Numbered from the stretch's first letter, positions 14,601 through 26,881 are shown. The stretch is 64,000 nt of DNA from Diadema antillarum (GCF_040938485.1 NW_027271671.1:868001-932000); one strand, 5' to 3'. Program-made: numbers and translations. Notes: generated by a model not told the origin, from the sequence alone.

Positions 14601-15624
14601 AAAACACACAAGCAAACAAAACACGTGTCACAATTGGAGTGATATAGTGAAAAATATTCAGAAAGAAAAGTCCATGTGCGTTTTTGTTGTTATTTCCCTT
14701 AGAACACAGCCATAATGATATTAGGTGGATGCAAGCGTGGAAAACTCCATATTATTGACATGCATGCTTGTTTGTTTGTTTTACCCACTTGCTGTTACCA
14801 TGTACAGAAAGTGATAATGGAGAAAGAAGAATGAATATAAGGAAATGGGAGTTTTGGCATTAGTCTGACGGTCCTCCAAAGGAAAAACAAATCTTAATAC
14901 AATGACGTTGATTGTATAGATTGCATGTGTTGGTTGTTGCAGTGGTTGGTAAAGTGCGTGTTGTAAGCTATGGAGATGTACCTTGCCCCCCCCCCCCCCC
15001 GAAAAAGAATTATATGAATGGTGAAAGTGATGAATAGTCTTGTTTGATAACACTTTCGTGACCTTATATTTTGTAACCAAAAATAAAAAAACCCAATATT
15101 TTGTATTACTAGTAATGACAAGTTTAGATCTCATTTAGATTGATTTTTAACAGAGATAATCAGATTGTTTTAGCTGCTAGACCTAAAGATGAAATGTGTG
15201 TCATATGCTTGTTTTGTTGTTGTTGTTGTTGTTGTTTTTAACACCTAGTCCAATAGACTAATGAGCCTTAGACCCCGACTAGGGCCTATAGGCCCTTGGT
15301 ACCTTAGCACTCGACTTTACCATGTTGATGACCGGATAATGAACTTCATGTCTCAAAACAGATCTATGGATTGAAAATGGAAACAGCTCTGTTCCGCTTC
15401 CAAGCTTCGGGATTCAATCAATCAGTGTTGTGCTCAAAAAAAAAAAAAAAAAAAAATGCTGCTCCCTCTTGTGGTCATCACTAGCCGATAAAATAAATTT
15501 TAAATTGACTCGAGGGGGGGGGGGCAATAAATTTGGTGTCAGTTTTTTTTTTTTTTTTTTGGTCTCTAGGGTGTGGTTGCTGCGCTACTTGAGGGATTCC
15601 ACTAGATTTATTTTGTGGCTTTAA

Positions 15625-15893
15625 TATGTTTGTATGTATATCTATTAGTGAGTTGTTATATTACATGTCTTAACTTGCCTTTTCAGGGGTCTTATTATAC
15701 AAGCCTGCTTTTCTAAGACCCCTCCACTTTACACCTATGATGCATCTACATGCATTGTCAATTTATATTCAAATATTCTGCAAATTGTTTTAATCGCATA
15801 TATTCGACAATGTATTCCTTGTTACATATTATTGTTCTTATGTAATTTTTGTATTGTGGAAACTTTGAATAAACTTGAAACTTGAAACTTGAA
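15625..15893 (+). mobile_element. 3' UTR fragment of an L2/CR1-group LINE
   Basis: Stem-loop GGGGTCTT...TACAAGCCTGCTTTT...AAGACCCC, then AATAAA (15868) and a (CTTGAAA)n tail. Confidence 0.6.
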
Positions 15894-15899
15894 TGACCA

Positions 15900-16165
15900 T
15901 GTACAAATTGTATATGCGGCTCGGACCGCTGAACTTTGCGTAGTATGTACAGATTGTAAACGCGAGCCGAGCGAGGCCGCCCAGCGCGGCTGCCCGGCGC
16001 GGCCACGGTGGGGAGCTGTCGGGTATCCGTACGTACACGTACCACACTCTAGCTCGATCTACTAGCAGCTGCTCAGCTCAGTTAGCTCAGCTCATCACTC
16101 GTGCGTGCGCTTCTACGCTCTTTGTTACGTCACTGACACCTGCGCAGCTAGGATGCGCACAAACT
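15900..16165 (-). promoter_or_regulatory. CpG-rich promoter-like end of the Kolobok element
   Basis: Locally high GC/CpG content and a CRE-like TGACGTAA on the minus strand (~16126-16133), next to the right TIR. Confidence 0.35.
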
Positions 16166-16458
16166 CAACTGAGGAACGTCCTTAAGCAGACAATCAACAG
16201 TTTTCTAAGATGCTACCTCTGGTAACGTATCTGATATTTGGTTTTAACATGCAAAAAAGGACTCTACGTTTGGAAATGTTTCTAGAAAAAGTATGGGCTC
16301 TCAAAATCACCCATTGATTGTTTTGCATTCCTAAGGGATTGAAGTTTCTGAATTGATAAAAAATGAGTAAAATCTCTGATGTTGAATTTTTGTCATTTGT
16401 ACAACAGTAATTGCACACTTTTTTTCGGAGAATGGCCTTAGGAGTGAAATAAAAAACA

Positions 16459-16566
16459 CCGCAGGAGCCAAAAAAATGCACTGACGTTTCGGTCAAAGAC
16501 CTTTATCAAAGACATTTGATAAAGGTCTTTGACCGAAACGTCAGTTCAATTTTGTGGCTCCTGCGG
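16459..16566. ncRNA. Palindrome of two inverted Penelope-type minimal hammerhead ribozyme motifs (U3-A8 variant)
   Basis: Perfect 31-bp arms (16480-16510 and 16515-16545), extending to ~52 bp with 3 mismatches. Each arm reads TTGATAA-A-GGTC-TTT-GACC-GAAA-CGTC: core, stem II, GAAA, palindromic ACGT and a GUC cleavage triplet. Confidence 0.6.
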
Positions 16567-16568
16567 AG

Positions 16569-16574
<6 letters not shown>

Positions 16575-16619
<45 letters not shown>
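16575..16619. repeat. (TA)n microsatellite
   Basis: Visible run, followed by a (TG)n tract near 16635-16652. Confidence 0.97.
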
Positions 16620-16622
<3 letters not shown>

Positions 16623-17524
16623 CATATGTTTGTATGTGTGTGTGTGTGTGTGTATGAACGCAATTTCCGCGACGAAAAAACAACCGTTTTTAATGAGCCG
16701 TTCGGGAGAAGGGAAACAAATGACAGACTAGCGATTCCATGGGGATGAATATCGTATGATAATTCAAATCTCCAAAGGATTCTCTTTTCGACACTTGGCT
16801 TTACATCATGTCGCACGAGATAACCTGCGATGGTGTGTTAAAAACAAAGTGTTCAGCAGAGAAGTCTTTAGGGAAGCTTATCGAGGAAAATATTGTCTGA
16901 CGGTGGAGTGCTTTCAGTTCGCCTTGATCGCCATCTCTAACAATGATGTTGATTTTATAATTCGTGTGGGGAAACTGTAAACTTATTATAGATTCAGTTG
17001 CCGTTATTACCAACAAGTCTTGAAACGAGAATGATTGGAAAGATGAACACATACAGAAATAAATAACGAAATGAATAGCCAAGCATGTGTTATAAAGTGG
17101 ATAGATAGTACAAACAAACAAATAAACAAACAAACTAAGAAACTTTATTAATACAGGAAGTAACACGGCTCCCATGTGAAGGCATATTTACACCATGGGA
17201 CTACTCCATGTTTATACACTCTTCTATAGTCAAGGTAGACAAGCTGCAATTCAGAAGTGCCATGTGAGGTGATATACACTGTCGTTGATTAGGGCCCCAA
17301 AATCCACATTCACAAGAAGAAGTCTATGACATAATTAGAGGTTGTAAGACTGGTAGACGTGTCTCTATCATCCTTCTGCACATTTCTTCATTTTTGTTTG
17401 GTTGAATTTTATTTGAATTAGAACAGAGGAAGGATACCACAATGGTTATTCCATTTTCTTCGATATCTGAAGAGTAAAGCGCTCTTTGACATGGTGACAG
17501 AACATTAATGTACGGTGTGTTTAA

Positions 17525-17803
17525 AGGGGGAAAACACCAACAACTGTAGAATCAAAAGTTTGATTTGCTAGTAGTCATGCATTCAAATCAGCTGTATTTC
17601 AAACAACACTAGAGCCAACGCACATCAGACGTGACTGAAATCACCTTGAAAATCAGAACACAGAAAAAATGTATCAAGTATCAAAAATTATGACAGCTAA
17701 CATTTTACACATACTAACCTGATAACGACTGCCATAGAAATAGCGGAGATTACGTGAGTAGGCAAGAAAGAGCTAGTATCATTTTATGGTTGCAGTCATT
17801 CCT
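17525..17803. mobile_element. Short Kolobok-type MITE
   Basis: TTAA|AGG...CCT|TTAA ends with degenerate TIRs (AGGGGGAAAACACCAAC versus AGGAATGACTGCAACC). Confidence 0.45.
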
Positions 17804-20260
17804 TTAAATGTCATATATGAAATACACGCGATATCTTTAAAAAAAAATCCCTGGGAGCAAGCAGGAAAATGGTATGCAGAATAGTTATCTGGTTTCCCGC
17901 TTCGTGGCGTATCGTACTTTTCAGAGAACAGTTGTTTTGTCTCTGTGTTTTTTTAAACTGCCCATAAATGGTAATGCGCTTGAGAAATATTGGCAGAACG
18001 CAGTCGATCACTCTCACCAGAAAAAAAAATGAAAGGGATTAAAAGAAATCATGCACCCGTGCATAATCATCTGCAAGCCGTCAACGACCAATTGCGGCAG
18101 AGAGGAATGATATGCGGCTAGCAAAGCTTCGGCCTACACAGTCATACAGCAAGAAAAGGTATTTTTTCCCACGCCTGCGTCTTTAAATGCTAACGATAAC
18201 ATGACTGATGGATTGATCTGTAAAAAGAGAAATCACGTCTTGCTGACATTTATATCCGGCTCTGACGTTTTCATCTACTTGAGTAATCAATGCGAACTTA
18301 GAAGGAACATGTAGAACAGGAACGCCTCTCCCGAGGGCCGGCCTCTGTCTGCACACTGTCGTGTGACAGAACGCTCGTGTTTGTTCACATCGGATTACAT
18401 CATCAACTAACATTTGATTATTATGCACACTCAGATCATGCACGAATTTGGGCTATCTATAGAACCGACAAGTGGAAGTAAAAATGGCTCTGACGACAGT
18501 ACCTCATGCACACAAATGCGTTATTTTGGGTTCCATTTCCTGCACCTCTGAAGATCATGTGTGATACCTGAAAGACCTGTTTGACATCGTGGTGACTTTA
18601 AGGTATAAAAATCGTCGAACTTTGCTGACCAAGTTGTAAAGCAATGTTGACTGGATGAGAGAAAAAACACCCTATGATAGCATGACTTCTGTATTAAAAG
18701 TGAGCTGTCACTGTGAATATATCGGGTCTTTCCGAAGGTTCGTTAATCCAATAATGAGATAAGGGTCGTTATCTCGAAACACGCAATACCGTATGATTAC
18801 CATCATGACCAAATATCCTTGAGTTTCATTCTTGGACATTCAGCAATTGTTATTTCTCAGAAATATCAAAGACACCCAGGGCACGTAGGATCAAAAGAAA
18901 TGCATGAATTCTCTGAATGTCTATTAGCTTTCTTAGACCTAGGCTAAGGATTCTTTTCGTCAGTGTAGGAAGAAGGGTCTGGTATTTCTGGTGGCATATT
19001 TCACTCACATTATTCATATTACTATAAAGAAAGCAATCAAAGCCAAGATAGCTCCATAGAGGATGTGGCTTTCAGGCGATGTCTTTCAAGAAAGGAGTCT
19101 GTCGGTCCCAAGGTGAAATGGGATATAGCGGCTAATCTCCGTTCGATTTGAAATTAACTGTTATCTATTATTTATCATTGTAAAATTATCTGTTATTATT
19201 GACGAATGGAAACATATCATATTCATTCCTGGAGCAAAGGCATGTTCCAGTATGGTTACATGACTTGAAAAGAATCGGTTTTTGTCGTTCCTACTCCATG
19301 GCATTCCCCTTCCCAAAATAGCCTCTCGTTTCTTTATGTGCCAGTGATTCTGTTGCATCGGCGTAGCGAGAGATCGTGATGGCCTTTGCATTATTTAGAT
19401 ATGATATGAGCCGTAAAAAAACCTTCCTTCCTCCCCCGTTGTTTCTTCCGCTCCAATCTACCTTTCGTGTTCTCATCAATAGGTCACCTCCATTCGTAAG
19501 CCGGTTGTACGGCATCTTGTTTTGTTACAGAATTTACAGAGACAGGTCATGCTGCGCTGTAATCGCTCTCCGACGAATTCTATACCGAACCGGTCTTTGT
19601 GCAAAATTCATTCTCTTTTTGGACAATGCGTTCGCTAAAGGAACGCTACACTCCAAGATATAACCAAGCGAGAGAGAATTTTCTTTTCAAAATACAATTA
19701 GTTTACATTAATCATCTGTATACCACATGTGTATCACACAGGACAACGATGCGCTGAAGGTCATCTTGCATTCATATCTCCAGAACTACCGGATGTGAAA
19801 ACCGATATCAATTGCCACAATTCAGTGAAATATTGAATACAAATTTCCGAAAGACAGATGACATATTACATCGAAAATCCTAGGCATCTGTTGAAAGACA
19901 TGAATACTAGAGTTGATAGCTACCTAACAATCCTTATCATGGTATCCTAGCAACACCAAAATGCCATGGCTTGATATTGATATGGTGACGATAGAGAAGT
20001 GATAGTGAGAGAAACTGCGCATCATCATTTTCATCATAATCATACTAATGCCGAGTATATAACAAAATTATGTGTTTACTTCTCCTAAATTCATCATAGG
20101 TGTAACGGAAGAGTTGATGAAAAGAAAACGAAGCGAAGAATCAATGTCACATCAAAGGTATTAATGCCTATTAATTACCCTGTATGATAACTTTGATAAC
20201 GATTCAGACTTTTCTCATTGGCTATTTTCGTGATTTGAGCTTTACAATGTAGCTCAGTAA

Positions 20261-20461
20261 NNNNNNNNNNNNNNNNNNNNNNNNNNNNNNNNNNNNNNNN
20301 NNNNNNNNNNNNNNNNNNNNNNNNNNNNNNNNNNNNNNNNNNNNNNNNNNNNNNNNNNNNNNNNNNNNNNNNNNNNNNNNNNNNNNNNNNNNNNNNNNNN
20401 NNNNNNNNNNNNNNNNNNNNNNNNNNNNNNNNNNNNNNNNNNNNNNNNNNNNNNNNNNNNN
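20261..20461. other. Assembly gap (201 N)
   Basis: Run of N, followed by an (ACT)n-like tract. Confidence 1.
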
Positions 20462-21449
20462 TCAGAATACTAATACTAGTAATAATCGTTAGTTATTACT
20501 ACGACTACTACTGCTACTACTGCTTCTACTACTACTACCACTACCACTACTTCTACATACACTGCTATTATTACAGGGTATTTTAATGTTCCTTGCACTC
20601 AGTGTGAGTGCTCAAAGGGCAAGAAAAATTCTTCACACAGCATATAAAGAGAAATAAAGAAATAGAGGAAAGTACATTCAAAGAGATAACATTTTTTTCT
20701 GCCTTCAGAAATATTTGAAATAACATAATATGCTAGGTTTGCGGTTCCCCATGGCAAACCGTAAACCTAGCATATGTTATGTATAACACCATGCAAACTT
20801 CTTCCTTGAAAGATCCTCTGAATATTTGAAATATCAACAATATCAGACTTGGCGAAATGTAATACAAAAATGGGGAAGATGTAGTGTTTGTGCATTTAAT
20901 GAAAGTGCAAAAAGCCATAAAGGTTTCCACACATTATTTATTGTGTAGTTTCGTTTACTATCTTTAACAGACCGATATTGTCATTTTTTTTTCAATTACA
21001 TCACAAGACGAAATGTATGTTTAACGTCAATGTAATACCAATGTCGCCCAAGTGTCAACATCATTCATGTCAGCCTTGAGGCTCAGACAGGCAAGAGAGA
21101 AATCCAATCACCGTCATCCATTAGCATGCATTAGGCTAATCTTAACGCACTGATAATTACAATCAGGGCGATCGACGCCTAGGAACCTAAAGTTCAAAGT
21201 ACTAGGAAGATATTTCCATCCACTGAAAAAGGTCAGTGAAAATGCGTTGTAACAAGCAAGTGGATAGCTGTTAGCGTACAGCGACTTCGGTGAGGTTTAG
21301 TCACTTCGTCACAGTCGACTTGTTCCATGCAAGAATACGTAGAGCATCTAGAACTATATACCGCACTATCAATCAATTTTCACAAGAAATATCTGTGCTA
21401 AACCGGAGGGAGGGGGGGGGGGGGCAAAATCAGAAGGAGGAAAATGTTT

Positions 21450-22970
21450 AGGTTGCAATCGTCTGCTCTAAAATTTGTTACAAGAATATTCAAGATGGAT
21501 GATTCAAATAATATTCTTGCCATAACAAAGTTGCCACTTGTCAATGAAAGCGAAGTAGGTCGTTCGCGTACACACCCAGAAATCGGGTACTCAGACGAAT
21601 CTTCACCGTTGTCCGTGAAGACGATGGAGCGATGCACTTTTTATTTCTACTTCCCGCCACGCTTCTCCTATCGACCAAGGTCGGCTGTCTTGTTCAGCTG
21701 AATAAACTCGAAAAGCTTGTGCAGACGATACGTTGTGGTCTGCTCGATATGCAGTGCCTCTTTTTGACAAGCCAGTAATGTAATTGTTGCGCTGCGGTCT
21801 GCGTAGAAAAGGCAAACAAGGCCTTCGGGTACAAAAACAAAACAAAGATACCTTTGCTTACGCGAGAGATTTCCATTTTTACTCTGGGCTTGCCAAAACT
21901 TTGCAGAGAGAATATATCTTTGAGTTTTAAAAAAAAGTAGACATATGTATAATGTAGTGAGTCCGAAAATAGTTTTTCTTGCAGTTTATAGTCAGTGTCT
22001 GACCAGCATACTCCAGCTTTTATTGATGAAGTGTGGGTGTCTTTAAGAGAGCCGCATTCTGCTTGATAGATGCCATCTTTTTTCCTCGTTGTTTCGAAAT
22101 AATAAAGATTGACAATGCCTATCTCGGGATGAATTAATGTAGAGACAGTGTAATTATTGTTTATATCCCACATGAGTATGCTTGACCAATGGGATTACTT
22201 GAATTTGGAACACGTGACAGAATCCATGCCGTGGTACTATGTCACATAAATTATATGAAATACATTTTCGTTAGCACTTTTTTTAACATACCTGCGACTG
22301 TAATCGATAATCTATCGGTCACGGCCATATACGTGCTAACGAAGCACCGCGGCCATGTCCAATTATCGATACATCTGTCAATATATCAGTATCGTTTGTT
22401 ATTGTCTTAGATGTTTAGGACCGAACCGTGAATACCCTTAATTCGTTCATTCGACTGCCGCGGACTACGATTAAACCACCTGTGTTGTAACATTCAGCAT
22501 GATTATAAAATAAAAATCTGTGTTGTTGATGGACTACATATTTTTCGAATCTCAAGTTTTTCAATCGATCTGGGATATAAAGCAAATAATAAAACAGAAT
22601 GATCTCATATTTCTCGGGCAATGGATATAATCTAACATCGCCCTCGCAGTCGATGATCCGATCTGATCTTTTACGCTTACAATTACCTGTGAATTTTGTT
22701 TCGTGTCAGTACGTTGTAAGACGTTTATCCAGAAAGTTCCTCTGCTTTTTAGGTAGCATCTTTGTCATTATCTCCAGAATAGTTCCTCCACGGTCTTCAT
22801 AAAGATAGGTCTCTTTTACTGTTTACTGTACGCCATTCCTAGACCAAAGACTTAAAACAATCATTTTAGCACAGATTCATTCAGATCCTACTGGACGAAC
22901 ATCATGAACTTTAGAACACTTTGACGGTACAGAGCGGCTGTCATTCACATCAATCAATTTTTCAAGAAAT
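21450..22970 (-). pseudogene. Possible decayed coding sequence of unknown origin
   Basis: A ~235-codon minus frame (22970 to ~22270) with only about 5 internal stops, next to a 159-aa ORF (21694-22173). No recognisable domain. Confidence 0.25.
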
Positions 22971-23289
22971 AACAGTCAGATATGCTATTTTCAATTCAAA
23001 TTATTTTCGTATTTCTAAAAAAGGGGTTACATTGTTAATAATCATATGAGCACATAACAATTATCGTTCTTTGTCAATTGCAAAAAAAAAAACACGTATA
23101 ATTATACGCACAATAGTCATAATGAGATCTGGTCCATATCAAATTTACAGATAAGGTTGTACAGACATTTAAGAGATATGATGGAACCTACATTAAAACC
23201 AAACTCGTTTAACTGCAAGCCCGAAATAATCGGTACTTGTGAAACAATAAGAACGGATGAAAATACTTTTTTTCGATAGAGCATTTCTG

Positions 23290-23332
<43 letters not shown>

Positions 23333-23500
23333 CCTATATAGAACTATAAATGTGACCTTGTTTTGATTTCGTTGCGGAACAGTTTATATAAACAATACTT
23401 CTTATGTATTTTCTTCAGACACAAAACTAAAAACCACACACAGAAAACGCATAGTATCCTCATTTGAAGATAATACCCATGAACTTTCAAACATGTATTA

Positions 23501-24745
23501 AAACAAGGCAAGTGCCAAATTGTGTCTCGCCCATTCGCGTACAAGAAATTAATATTTTTCTAACTCCCAGAAGTTCATTGACCTGCCTATGACCTTTGAC
23601 CTTGTGGTGACCTTCAACTCCCCAAGGGACATTTGCCATCCAAGTTTGGTCACAAACGGACAAAGGGATTAAAAGTTATGAGCCATAATCGAAACGCGCC
23701 ATAAAAACTAAGCAATGGGCCCTAAAAATTTGTTGACCCCTTTCTGTGACCTTTGACCTTGTGATGACCTTTAATTCCCCAAGGGATATCTACCGTCCAA
23801 GTTTGGTCACAAACGAACAAACGGATCAAAAGTTCTAAGCCACAATCAAAACGCGCCCTAAAAACTTAACATTGGGCCCTAAAAGTTCGTTGACCCCTGT
23901 CTGTGACCTTTGACCTTGTGATGACCTTCACCTCCCCAAGGGACAGCTACCATCCAAGTTTGGTCACAAACGGACAAAGGGATCAAAAGTTATGCGCCAT
24001 AACCAAAATGCGCAATAAAAACTTATCATTGGGCCCTAAAAGTTCGTTGACCCTTGTATGTGACCTTTGACCTTGTGATGACCTGCACCTTCCCAAGGGA
24101 CATCTACCATCCAAGTTTGGTCACAAATAGACTTACGGATCAAAAGTTATGACCCATAATCAAAACGCGCCCTAAAAACTTAACATTTGGCCCTAAAAGT
24201 TCATTGACCCCTGCCTGTGACCTTTGACTTTGTGGTGACCATCAACTCCCCAAGGGACATCTACCACCTAAGTTTAGTTACAAACGGACTTATGGATCAA
24301 AAGTTATGGCCCATAATCGAAACGCGCCCTAAAAACTTAACATTGGGCCCTAAAAGTTCATTGACCCCTGCGTGTGACCTTTGATCTTGTGATGACCATT
24401 AGCTCCCCAAGGTACATCTACCATCCAAGTTTGGTCACAAATAAACTTACGGATCAAAAGTTATGGTCCATAATCGAAACGCGCCCTAAAAACTTAACAT
24501 TCGGCTCTAAAGTTCATTGACCTCTGTCTGTGACCTTTGACCTTGAGGTGCCCTTCATGTTTGGTAAAATGTGTAACTTTGTATAACCACTTTTTCCTCC
24601 AAGTTTGATTGAAATTGAAATCCTCAGTAGAGAGTTATTCAAGTTTTTGTAGCGTTACGGACAGACGACGGACGGACGGACGACGGACGGACAGACGCCG
24701 CAGGCGATCCCTTAGTCTCCCCACACCTCCGGTGGGCTCGACAAA
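23501..24745 (-). mobile_element. Helentron-associated non-autonomous element (HINE; pearl/Tsp/DINE-1-like)
   Basis: Subterminal inverted repeats GTCTCGCCCA / TGGGCTCGAC, terminal hairpins (GGCAAGTGCC; CCCAC...GTGGG), an ACGG/ACAG microsatellite (24657-24697), a tandem core array and A/T-run flanks without a TSD. Confidence 0.8.
23590..24545. repeat. 157-bp tandem core repeat (6 full units plus a partial one)
   Basis: GACCTTTGA marker at 23591, 23748, 23905, 24062, 24219, 24376 and 24532. Confidence 0.97.
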
Positions 24746-25794
24746 AATCACACAACTATACATATTCTATGTGTATATTATGTTACACACACTCTTACCG
24801 CCACCGAGTAATCAATTTGCGAAATGCATTTCACCCGAGCATAGTCACATCATTGTTCTACTGAAGAATACAAATCCTCGTATAAGATTACCATACACTT
24901 TAATCTGACATTTTGCTGACATGGAACCCCATTCGCTGTATTTGCTGGAATGAGAAAAGCATGGTCAAAATTACATTCTCAACTTACACGGTTTTCAAAA
25001 GTTTCGGCAAAATCCACTGTAATCCTACGGCAACATATCTAATAACTTTGTAAAGGCCACATAACTGAGCATTTCATGCTAGCTTACAGTTTCTTGTTTA
25101 ATCTTTAGCTTTCGAAATTGCATATAAGTCGTGAGTGTCAGAGAGTGAACAGCGATGAATGGAGAGTATCACCAGAGCCAAACAATATCACAATCCTTAG
25201 TGTCCAAGACGTGCACACCATTGTTATGGTTTCGGCTACCGCTTTGCGTCTTAGAAGATATGTAACTTACACAATTTTGCGAAATGGGCATAATGCAATA
25301 AGATTATGAAGATCATTGTCATAGAATGTAGGTCTGTTTTTGAACATGGCGAAAAGCTTAATGTAAATATGGAATGCTCACATTGTCAAGACTAAAGCAT
25401 GTCTGTATACATCACCATATCAAAACTTGCACAAACTATCGAATCTCATAAGATTGTGTTAAGAGTGGTAAAATTATGTCAAACATGAAGGTGGCATTGC
25501 TCCTCCTTATCACACTAATGAGGAGTCATTATAGAATATGGTTGCCATTTACGGTAGCATTATTATTGGCGCTTTCCTGGTAAAATGCTTTTCACCGATT
25601 ATACAAGTATCGAGGGAATTAATCATGACTATAACCACAGTGTGGAAAAGGATCTTGACGATTTCAGATGACTGTTAGCATCGTTAACGATTTCATTGCA
25701 TTAACCAAAGTTAGATGAATTATGTCAAAAAGCCTCTTAGATATTGGGATGTCATCACTTGTTTTATAAAATAATCTTGCTTCCTTGGTGTTTA

Positions 25795-26056
25795 AACCGA
25801 TGTGTTGGCTCAGTAAGTAGAGCGGCTGCCTCACAATCGGGAGGTCGTGGGTTCGAACCCCGGCCGTGTCATACCAAAAGACGTGAAAAGATGGGAGTTG
25901 CTGCTACCTTGTTTGCCGTTCAACAGTTGAAAAGGTTAGAGCAACGTCGATCTGCTCCGTGGCTGCCGGGCCCACGATCAATTGGGCAAAAAGAATTTCC
26001 ATTTTCGGAAAATAATATTTGGAGTTTATATCCAAAACAATTATTATTATTATTAA
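25795..26056 (+). mobile_element. tRNA-derived SINE (central domain resembles the MetaSINE Meta domain)
   Basis: A box TGGCTCAGTAAG, B box GGTTCGAACCC, body GTCATACCAAAAGACGTGAAAAGATGG...GCCGTTCAACAG and a (TTA)n tail. The domain name is from recall. Confidence 0.75.
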
Positions 26057-26881
26057 ATTAGCTTTGCTCAGTAATTAGTTATATTGTTCACAAGGAGACT
26101 GCAAAATCCAAGCTTGGTTTATCAGCACGTCTCCTCCATTTCCTGCAACTTTGATTCTAATTTAATATCATCTGAAAGTGATGCGTAGTATTGTTAATTT
26201 CATATTACTTTTCTTCGTTACTACTGATATTGTGTTAATGTTTTCTACTGTTGGAAATTAAATTAAATCAAATGAATGCGCTCGAGAACCTGATAAGGAA
26301 ATTTAAGTACTTCTCTTTGACACACATTACTTCTGTACACAAGAATAAATGTCCCTTTTACATTCTTATAAAAAAGTTTGACCCCAAAGGTAGAATACGT
26401 TTTAGAATGAGCAGACATAATGAATACCAACCAGGTAATTTGATAAAGTAGGAACGGTGACAGACCTTGGTGGATTGACGCTCTCTCCCTGGCCTTCGAA
26501 ATCATTTCGAGCTCGATGGAACCTTCCCGTTCTATTTCCTGTACTCCTTGCAATGTCCCTCTAGAAAACAATTATCATTCTTCAACTATAAAGATATCCG
26601 TGAACAGTCAGATACAACGATTAAATTTGTGTTTCTGGATAGAAGGATAATGCTTGAAATCTACATTGTTTGAGCTCTCTGCCTTACAAGCCCCTGTTGG
26701 AATCCCATGTACCATTCGAACAACTCAAAAATCCTTTGCCTTGGGATACTTCCTAACAAATCTAATTATGCTTTTCTATAGGAATTCATGACAGGGTAGA
26801 CTTTTCTCCAGGGCTCCTAATATTGATCACCTTTAAACCGTCATAACCTTCTCTTTTAAATCTTCCCGTATATAAGTATCT

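Larger units (their letters stand above)
13465..16181. mobile_element. Non-autonomous Kolobok-type DNA transposon (2717 bp)
   Basis: Perfect 15-bp TIR GGACGTTCCTCAGTT / AACTGAGGAACGTCC, with TTAA on both sides (13461-64, 16182-85). RR...YY ends with a TTAA TSD are diagnostic of Kolobok. No transposase seen. Confidence 0.85.
11086..16437. mobile_element. Non-autonomous TIR DNA transposon (Kolobok- or Harbinger-like) hosting nested insertions
   Basis: Imperfect ~33-bp TIRs: GGCCATTCTCCCAAAAAATGTGCAAAACTG at left and the reverse complement GGCCATTCTCCGAAAAAAAGTGTGCAATTACTG at right. TTAG flanks both ends (11082-85, 16438-41; could alternatively be read as a 3-bp TAG TSD). Contains repeated CAGATACGTTACC motifs that flip orientation towards the right end. 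No transposase ORF seen. Confidence 0.65.
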
